From positions 32,001 through 96,000 of the forward strand of contig CAXXWX010000013.1 of NCBI GenBank assembly GCA_963675745.2: a stretch of DNA of 64,000 nt, in the 5' to 3' direction. The translations under genes and the position numbers were made by a program. Origin of the DNA: Phycisphaerae bacterium. GTDB taxonomy: Bacteria; Planctomycetota; Phycisphaerae; UBA1845; Fen-1342. Positions 9,348 to 16,129 of the stretch are shown in pieces. The notes under the pieces are model-generated. The model saw nothing but the letters and a program-made list of their open reading frames with translations. It was not told the origin of the DNA and made no database searches. Position 1 is the first letter of the stretch. The number at the start of each line of letters is the position of its first letter.

Positions 9348-10193
9348 GTGGGAAGCGTGATGAGCCGTAACGGACAGCCGTCACACATTGTTCGCCGGGT
9401 GCTGGGTGGCACGGTGCTTCTTGCGCTGGCGATGGTCCTGTTGCGCGGCGGTTTGGGTGTGTGGGACAATGCGCCCGGTCGTGTTGCGCTGCGCGTCGAG
9501 CGCCTCTTGGCGGATCGTGACGCCGCCCAGCGCAAAGAGGGTGCCTGGTTGGCCGCCGGAGCCGGCGCGCGCGAGGTGACGCAGAGACTATGCGCGGGTG
9601 TGGGCGGCGGAGAGGCGGAGCCGGATGTTCGCGAGGCCTATGCCTACGCCCTGGGCCGGATCGGCGCGCCGCAGACCTCAACCAGCTTGCGCACCGCCGC
9701 CGAGCGCGATGAGAGCGGTTACGTCCGGCAGGCCGCCTGGCTGGCGTTGGCGCGCGTCGATGCGCACGAGTTTCAGCGTGCGAGTTCGGTGGAGCGGGCC
9801 GAAGGCGGCGATGCGTGGGACAACATCGGGATCGCCGAAGGCGGCTTTGAGCTCGGCGATTATTCAGGCTTTGCCGGGCTGATGCAGTCGGCGACCGCGG
9901 GCACGGATTGGCAGCGGGACGTTGCCCGGCACGCGATCAGGCGCTGGATCGGGCCACTGCTGGATACGGTCGGTCAGTGGCCGATTGACGCCGATGCGTG
10001 CGACGCATCGGAATGGTCAGCCGCCACGCTCAAAGAGATTGCCGACCGGGCCGCGCGCGTCGATCTGTCCGCGATTGCCGCCGAAAACCGACCCCACTTC
10101 GAGAAATCCCGCCGTGTGCAGGCATATCGGGGGAAACTCGCCAAGGCATCACAACGCATCGCGCGCGTGCTGTTTCCAAGCGACGGCGGCTAG
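9348..10193 (+). CDS. HEAT-repeat protein with N-terminal membrane anchor
   Basis: 'DVREAYAYALGRIG' and 'YVRQAAWLALARV' repeats; N-terminal hydrophobic segment. Confidence 0.7.
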   Translation: MGSVMSRNGQPSHIVRRVLGGTVLLALAMVLLRGGLGVWDNAPGRVALRVERLLADRDAAQRKEGAWLAAGAGAREVTQRLCAGVGGGEAEPDVREAYAYALGRIGAPQTSTSLRTAAERDESGYVRQAAWLALARVDAHEFQRASSVERAEGGDAWDNIGIAEGGFELGDYSGFAGLMQSATAGTDWQRDVARHAIRRWIGPLLDTVGQWPIDADACDASEWSAATLKEIADRAARVDLSAIAAENRPHFEKSRRVQAYRGKLAKASQRIARVLFPSDGG

Positions 10194-10237
10194 CCCGCAT
10201 AGCATCCACTTGCAACGTCCCGCGGTAGCATCCACGG

Positions 10238-10263
10238 GTAGCGTCCGACCCCCGAGTCGGACG
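10238..10263 (+). repeat. GTAG-type REP hairpin
   Basis: GTAGCGTCCGACCCCCGAGTCGGACG. Near-identical copy on the minus strand at 24359-24384 and a degenerate copy at 16001-16027. Confidence 0.7.
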
Positions 10264-10330
10264 TTCTTGCTTGCGTCGGCACCGTGTTCTGCACAAGCTA
10301 TGGCCACGTGGTATGTATGGGAGTGATCTG

Positions 10331-11872
10331 ATGTTCAACGGCACCATGGTGCGGCTCATATGCGGGATATTGCTCGCGATCAGTTGCGGTCTCGCGCCAA
10401 ACGCGGTGCGCGCTGACGACGAACCCGCGCTTCCGATTGGCCTCGGCGAGACAGATGCAGCCGACGACGAGCCCGAGTTGCCCACCGGACTGAACGCGAC
10501 GGATGACGACGAGCCGGCGTTGCCGGCCGGATTGAACGCGACGGATGACGACGAGCCGGCATTGCCCACAGGCCTCGGCACCCAGGCGACCGCGGAGCCC
10601 ACGCAGCCGGCGGAGTCTCAGCAGCAGTCCGGCAGCCTGCTCGAGCGCCCGGGGTTGCGCGAACTTGACCTCACCGGCTTCTGGGAAATGCGCGGCGGCG
10701 TCCGCACGCCCGACGACCCGCACGAGCGGGACGCGTCGATCGGCGAATCCAGGCTGCAACTCCAGTTGGAAAAAACGTGGCGGCAGCTCACATTCCGGCT
10801 GACCACCGATGTGTACTACGACGCCGTGCTCGATCGCCACTCGGTGCATCTCGAACGCGGTCGCGGCTTTCTCGATCTGCGCGAGGCCAGCGTCGCGTTT
10901 TCACCGCTGGAATTCATGGACGTGAAGGTCGGCCGCCAGATACTGACCTGGGGTACTGGCGATCTGCTGTTTCTCAACGATATGTTCCCCAAGGACTGGC
11001 AGGCGTTCTTCATCGGTCGCGACGTCGAATACCTCAAGGCGCCCTCCGACGCGCTCAAGCTCAGCCTGTTCAGCGACGTCGTGAACTGGGACATCGTCTA
11101 CACGCCGCGCTTCGACCCCGATCGCTTCATCACCGGCGAGCGCATTTCTTACTACGACCCGATGCATTTCGGACGCGTGGGCCGCAGTGCGGTGGTCGAC
11201 GCCGACATTCCCAACGAGTGGTTCCGCGATCACGAGTGGGCCACGCGCGTCTCGAAGAATGTCGCAGGCTGGGAACTGGCCGGCTACGGTTACTGGGGCT
11301 ATTGGAAAAGCCCCGGCGGCTACGACTTTCTGGCGCAGAAGGCGACGTTTCCACGGTTGGCGGTCTACGGCGGCAGCATGCGCGGACAGCTCTTGGGCGG
11401 TATCGCCAACGTCGAGGCGGCGTATTACGACTCGCGCGAAGATCGACCCGGCAACAACCGCTTCACCAACAACAGCCAGTTCCGCTTCCTTGTCGGATAC
11501 GAGCGGCAATTGCCAGAGATTGCCAACGATCTGACGGTCGGTGCACAGTATTACCTCGAATGGATGGCCGATTACGACGATTACCGCCGAACGCACATCC
11601 CCCTCATGCCACTGGCGGACGAACGCCGGCACGTGGTCACGCTGCGCGTCGAAAAGCTGCTGCTGGAGCAGAATCTACGGCTGGCGCTGTTCACGTATTA
11701 CAGCCCCAGCGACCAGGACGCGTACGTGCGCCCGTCGGCCAACTACAAAATCGACGATCACTGGTCAGCGGAAGTCGGCGGCAACGTGTTCTTCGGAAAC
11801 GACCAACACACCTTCTTCAACCAGTTCGCCCGGAACAGCAACGTATACGTGGCGCTGCGGTACAGCTTCTGA
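10331..11872 (+). CDS. Putative outer-membrane beta-barrel protein (DUF1302-like) with acidic N-terminal repeats
   Basis: Signal peptide, 'DVKVGRQILTWG', alternating beta strands and C-terminal 'YVALRYSF' barrel signature. Confidence 0.75.
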   Translation: MFNGTMVRLICGILLAISCGLAPNAVRADDEPALPIGLGETDAADDEPELPTGLNATDDDEPALPAGLNATDDDEPALPTGLGTQATAEPTQPAESQQQSGSLLERPGLRELDLTGFWEMRGGVRTPDDPHERDASIGESRLQLQLEKTWRQLTFRLTTDVYYDAVLDRHSVHLERGRGFLDLREASVAFSPLEFMDVKVGRQILTWGTGDLLFLNDMFPKDWQAFFIGRDVEYLKAPSDALKLSLFSDVVNWDIVYTPRFDPDRFITGERISYYDPMHFGRVGRSAVVDADIPNEWFRDHEWATRVSKNVAGWELAGYGYWGYWKSPGGYDFLAQKATFPRLAVYGGSMRGQLLGGIANVEAAYYDSREDRPGNNRFTNNSQFRFLVGYERQLPEIANDLTVGAQYYLEWMADYDDYRRTHIPLMPLADERRHVVTLRVEKLLLEQNLRLALFTYYSPSDQDAYVRPSANYKIDDHWSAEVGGNVFFGNDQHTFFNQFARNSNVYVALRYSF

Positions 11873-11889
11873 CCGAAGGTCGCGTGGCC

Positions 11890-12525
11890 TCAGGTCTCAT
11901 GCGGCTGCTCAGGTTGTGGCGTTGGCCTGGGTGGAATGGTCATACGCGCCAAGTCAGCGTCCTTGGCCTCTTTGTTTGTGAGAGTGCTGATCCCGATGAA
12001 CTGACATCTCCGAAACACACATCTTTCGACCAGGAGTAGACCCGCCGGTAGCTCGTGGTCCTGAGTTTTGTTCGGCACAAACGTATCCAGGACTAGGTAC
12101 AGCTGATCTGGGTTCTTGCAGGTATAGGTGCAGTCATAGTGACTTACGTATCCAACCGGTGCCACCACGGCTGGTCCGTAGATGACACAATCCTCGAACG
12201 TGCGATCCGACACCACGTTATTCTCGGCCACCAGCGCAAGCCTGAGATGCAGGCCCTGGAGATGACGCGCGCGGAGTTCACTAGTCGCTGCGAGCCCGCC
12301 TGTTGGATCAAGGAATGGAAACCACGTGCGCGCCCAAGGCCAACGCTCTATCACGGCACCTCGAATGCCGATTGCTGATAGTGCCAGCCACAGAATCGCT
12401 GCACCGAGCACTGCGCCCAGGAGCCACTGGGGCATATTGGTGCCGGCAATCATGAGGCTAGAATCGACGATTACGATCAGTAGCGGCGGAAGCGTCGGCT
12501 TCAACACGGACGGCTTATTCATCAA
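11890..12525 (-). CDS. Hypothetical membrane protein in an apparently foreign cassette
   Basis: Strong RBS (GGAGGAG), upstream TAATAAT, 1-2 TM helices then a Cys-rich 'RTFEDCVIYGPAV...CVFRRCQF' domain; visibly less GC-rich than its neighbours. Confidence 0.7.
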   Translation of the reverse strand: MMNKPSVLKPTLPPLLIVIVDSSLMIAGTNMPQWLLGAVLGAAILWLALSAIGIRGAVIERWPWARTWFPFLDPTGGLAATSELRARHLQGLHLRLALVAENNVVSDRTFEDCVIYGPAVVAPVGYVSHYDCTYTCKNPDQLYLVLDTFVPNKTQDHELPAGLLLVERCVFRRCQFIGISTLTNKEAKDADLARMTIPPRPTPQPEQPHET

Positions 12526-12716
12526 CGGCTCCTCCTGCCCCCATTATTAACCACCAGCCTCACCGCGTCACGTGTGCAGCACCGAAGCTCGCCGGCCTTT
12601 AAAGCGCCGGGGAACTGCGGATTCACCTGATCTGGCGAAGTGTAGTCTGCCATCGCTGACATGAGGAGCGGCCCCCCCGCGCCGGCGCGTGTTCGGTGAT
12701 CATCGCATCGCGCACG

Positions 12717-12750
12717 CATGGCGACGCAAACAGCCGTCGCCATGGCACCC
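12717..12750 (+). repeat. REP-like hairpin ending in GCACCC
   Basis: CATGGCGACG-caaacagc-CGTCGCCATG (10-bp arms) followed by GCACCC. Confidence 0.7.
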
Positions 12751-12754
12751 CGCA

Positions 12755-12856
12755 GAAGTCGGCGGCAACGTGTTTCTCGGAAACGACCAACACGCCTTCT
12801 TCAACCAGTTCGCCCGGAACAGCAACGTGTACGTCGCGCTGCGGTACAGCTTCTAA
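12755..12856 (+). pseudogene. Duplicated 3' end (33 codons plus stop) of the 10331..11872 gene
   Basis: 96/102 identical to 11771-11872. It has no start codon or upstream part. Confidence 0.93.
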
Positions 12857-13286
12857 CCCGCCCGCGGGAGAAGAAAGCTGCAATATGACTGCGAGCAACA
12901 GTGGCCGAGGGGCTGTTGAAGCACTCTCGCACGGCGGAGCAGACCACAGTCTATTGCGCAGAGGGCGATCTGCGTGTTGCGCAGGGACACTTAATCAACA
13001 GCCCGCCGCCCCCACCTGCGCACGTTCCCACTTGCACACGTCCCTTTGTGCCGAGTTAGGCGAGCCACTGCTTCCACGGCGGCGTTATCCACACCGTCTA
13101 CGGGAAGCCCGTAAACAGCTTGTTTTATGAGGAGAGCCTCTGGGCTCTGTCTTGGCGGAGATGCGCAACTTATGCAGAAACGCCATTATTCCGGTGCATT
13201 CAAATGAGTCGGAGTACCAGTTTGGCGATGGAATCTCAGGGCCACGCGCAGGCGCGAGCCCAAAAGCACCTTAGGGACATCACATC

Positions 13287-13862
13287 ATGTTCAAAGAAGA
13301 CCGCGAAGAGTTCAAGTTTGACTGGTCGCACCTGGGCGACATCAAGGTCGGCCGGCCGAACCTCGGGCCCAAGACCAGCGTGGCCATGTATCGCCTTATG
13401 CAGTTTACGCTGCGCGACGCGGCGATCAGGCACACCGGTCCGGAGACGACTACCAAGATCTTCTATGATGCTGGTCACAACGCCGGCGCGGCTATCTACC
13501 AGAATCTGATTGCGCCGCCGACAGACTTCGCCGACCTGGTTGCGAAGCTGCAGAAACTCCTGGCGGACCTGGAAGTTGGCATCCTGCGTGTCGAAGCCGC
13601 TGACTTGGAGACCATGACGTTTAAGGTCACCGTGAGCGAGGACTTGGATTGTTCTGGTCTGCCCGTCATGCAAGAGGCGGTATGCACGTTCGACGAGGGG
13701 TTCATCGCCGGGATTCTGGAGGCGCACACCGGAAAAGCGTTCAATGTTAGGGAAGTGGACTGCTGGTGCACAGGTGATCGCGTTTGCCGATTTGAGGCTG
13801 TTCCTGCACCGGGCGTCGGCCGACCCGCCCAAGCCGCCGCGGGGTCGTGTCATATGACGTGA
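13287..13862 (+). CDS. V4R (4-vinyl reductase) domain protein
   Basis: 'EDLDCSGLP', 'CTFDEGFIAGILE', 'VREVDCWCTGDRVCRFE'. Confidence 0.88.
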   Translation: MFKEDREEFKFDWSHLGDIKVGRPNLGPKTSVAMYRLMQFTLRDAAIRHTGPETTTKIFYDAGHNAGAAIYQNLIAPPTDFADLVAKLQKLLADLEVGILRVEAADLETMTFKVTVSEDLDCSGLPVMQEAVCTFDEGFIAGILEAHTGKAFNVREVDCWCTGDRVCRFEAVPAPGVGRPAQAAAGSCHMT

Positions 13863-15673
13863 TGCATGAAAGCCACTCGAAACGCGTCGACAACATCACG
13901 CGGGCGGTGAACGATCTGCTTAAGGGTCGCCGGTCCGCCAACCTTGCTGTCGATACCCAGCCGAACGACGAAATCCGCCAACTCTCCGTGTTCGTCAATC
14001 GTCTGGCGGATGCCCTTTACGCCGGAACGCGTTCTGCCATAGATTTGTCCGAGGGCAGACTGGGCGGGGAGATCAATTGCCAACTGGCGTTTGGCGGTGC
14101 GCTCAAAAACCTCCAGGCCGCGCTGCGGCACCTGACTTGGCAAGCCCAGCGGGTCGCGGAAGGGGACTTTTCGCAACGTGTGGATTTCCTGGGGGAGTTT
14201 TCCTGCGCGTTCAATTGGATGGTCCAGAAGCTCGACAGTGATCGTCAGCGCATCTTGGCGCAAAGCGCCGTGCTGGAGGCCATCAACGCCATCATTCAAG
14301 AGTCGTTGATAAGCGAGACCGACGAGGAAGTGGCTCAAATCTGTCTTGCGAAGGCACAGGAGATAACCGGCAGCAAGTTCGGGCTTGTTGGTGAAGTCAA
14401 CCAGGACGGTCGGTTTGACGCACTTGCTTTTAGCCAGTCTGGTCGCGATGCCTGCGCGATGCCAAGGTCCGACGCGGCGCGCGTGATCAAGAACATGAAA
14501 AGCATGGGTGTCTGGGGGGCGGTGCTGAATGACGGATGTTCTCAGATTGTCAACGATGTAGCCACTCACGCCGAAGGTGTCGGGACTCCCGAGGGGCATC
14601 CGAGAGTCACTGCTCTTCTGGGAGTTCCGCTGAAAGACGCGGGCAAAGCTGTCGGCATGATTGCGCTGGGCAACAAGAAACCAGGATACGACCAGGCCGA
14701 TATCGAACAGATCGAAAGCCTGTCTCTGACCTTTGTGGAAGCGATGAACCGCAGGCGGACGCAGGCGGAGTCTGAACGCTTGCAGCAGGAGCTGGTGGAG
14801 GCCTCCAGGAGGGCAGGGATGTCCGAAGTGGCCACCGGCGTGCTGCACAACGTCGGCAACGTGCTCAATAGTGTCAACGTGTCGGCAAACCTGCTGAATG
14901 AGAAGATTCGGGCGTCCAGAGTCTCACGGCTGGCCAATGCCACGGCGTTGATGTCAGAACACGCGGACGACCTGGGGGCTTTCATTACCCAGGATGAGCG
15001 CGGCACACAATTGCCAGGCTATCTGACCAAGCTCGCCCAGCATCTTGCCGAGGAACAAACCGAAGTGTTGGACGAACTCGGGCGTCTGGCTGAGAATATC
15101 GAGCACATCAAGAACATCGTCAGCATGCAGCAGTCCTTGGCCGGCGCGTCAGGTGTCACTGAGTCGGTACGGATCGGCGATGTGCTGGCTGATCTGTTGA
15201 AGCTGGATGCTGCCGCACTCGACCACGACGGCATCAGAGTGGTGCAGGAGTATGACGAACTGCCGGTGATCTACACCGATAAGCACAAGTTGCTGCAAAT
15301 TCTGGTGAATCTGCTGAAAAACGCCAAGGAGGCCCTGGCCCAGGACCAGAAACCGGACAAACGGCTGACCATGCGGCTGAGGATACTCGACGAGGACCGT
15401 GTTCAGATCGACGTGGCCGACAACGGTGTGGGCATACCGCCGGAGGATCTGACGAAGATCTTCGCCCACGGGTTTACGACCAAGGAAGGCAGATGCGGCT
15501 TCGGCCTGCACGGTTGCGCATTGGCGGCGACCGAGATTGGTGGTTCGTTGATGGCCCATAGCGATGGCTTGGGCCGGGGGGCGACCTTCACCCTCGAGTT
15601 GCCCGCGCGGAAGATGGAGAGGAGTGAGGTGCGCGTTGCAGCCCACCACGAACAGGCGGATCCCGGTGGTTGA
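13862..15673 (+). CDS. Sensor histidine kinase (HAMP-like, GAF, HisKA, HATPase)
   Basis: TGATG coupling; GAF 'GTPEGHPRVTALLGVPL'; H-box 'VLHNVGNVLN'; N, G1, F and G2 boxes ('NLLKNA', 'DNGVGI', 'FTTK', 'GFGL'). Confidence 0.92.
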   Translation: MHESHSKRVDNITRAVNDLLKGRRSANLAVDTQPNDEIRQLSVFVNRLADALYAGTRSAIDLSEGRLGGEINCQLAFGGALKNLQAALRHLTWQAQRVAEGDFSQRVDFLGEFSCAFNWMVQKLDSDRQRILAQSAVLEAINAIIQESLISETDEEVAQICLAKAQEITGSKFGLVGEVNQDGRFDALAFSQSGRDACAMPRSDAARVIKNMKSMGVWGAVLNDGCSQIVNDVATHAEGVGTPEGHPRVTALLGVPLKDAGKAVGMIALGNKKPGYDQADIEQIESLSLTFVEAMNRRRTQAESERLQQELVEASRRAGMSEVATGVLHNVGNVLNSVNVSANLLNEKIRASRVSRLANATALMSEHADDLGAFITQDERGTQLPGYLTKLAQHLAEEQTEVLDELGRLAENIEHIKNIVSMQQSLAGASGVTESVRIGDVLADLLKLDAAALDHDGIRVVQEYDELPVIYTDKHKLLQILVNLLKNAKEALAQDQKPDKRLTMRLRILDEDRVQIDVADNGVGIPPEDLTKIFAHGFTTKEGRCGFGLHGCALAATEIGGSLMAHSDGLGRGATFTLELPARKMERSEVRVAAHHEQADPGG

Positions 15674-15722
15674 CGACAACCCCACGATCCGTGACGCGAT
15701 CTGGAAAACCCGCTGGGTGTAG
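15636..15722 (+). pseudogene. Truncated response-regulator receiver N-terminus
   Basis: TTG-QPTTNRRIPVVDDNPTIRDAIWK...stop after an RBS-like GAGGAG/GAGG. Matches the receiver 'RILVVDDN' pattern. Absent from the ORF track. Confidence 0.7.
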
Positions 15723-15900
15723 CTGACCGACCTCGCAACCTGACCGTTCTCGTTGGGTCACCGAACCAGGCAGCAGCGATATTCAAACGGCAAGTGGCTC
15801 CACCACCGCAGAAAGTCACACGTTCGTCTCGGCTTTCGTTTGCCGATGATCTTGGCCACGGCAGTCCTGGTGTTGTCATGGACTATTCGCCGCGGAAATA
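15703..15900 (-). mobile_element. istA: Degenerate IS21-family transposase (IstA) fragment
   Basis: Minus-strand translation FPRRIVHDNTRTAVAKIIG...FLRWWSHLPFEYRCCLVR*PNENGQVARSVSYTQRVF resembles the IstA DDE core (YDN..AV..I...SHY.F..FC....NEKG.VE..V.Y.RRNF); in-frame TGA. Confidence 0.72.
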
Positions 15901-15923
15901 AGGACAGCCGCCAAACTTCTCTC

Positions 15924-15980
15924 GGATTGCTCTGTCGGCACCCACTCTCTCGGTCTTCCACGGCTAGCCGTGGGGCACCC
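15924..15980 (+). repeat. Two REP-like units ending in GGCACCC
   Basis: GGATTGCTCTGTCGGCACCC (half hairpin) and the palindrome CCACGGCTAGCCGTGG followed by GGCACCC. Confidence 0.55.
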
Positions 15981-16080
15981 CGCGGGCGTTGGATCCTGTC
16001 CGGCCGACTCGGGGGGGCGGCCGCTACGTACGCCGTGCGCTGGGGACCGCGCGTCGCACGCCGGTCGCCGCGCGCAAGTT

Positions 16081-16108
16081 TCTGCATTCCGCATTCTGCA
16101 TTCCGCAT
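16081..16108. repeat. Heptamer tandem repeat (TCYGCAT)x4
   Basis: tctgcat tccgcat tctgcat tccgcat. Confidence 0.8.
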
Positions 16109-16129
16109 TTCCCCGCTATCCTGCCCCTC

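Noticed and set aside
11771..12856. Diversity-generating retroelement VR/TR pair
   Set aside because: Mismatches are not adenine-specific (C/T, T/C and G/C occur, and many AAC codons are unchanged), and there is no reverse transcriptase in the window.
13085..13093. DnaA box TTATCCACA suggesting oriC
   Set aside because: A single perfect box; near-matches at ~29930 and ~51344 are far apart, with no cluster, no AT-rich unwinding element and no dnaA/dnaN.
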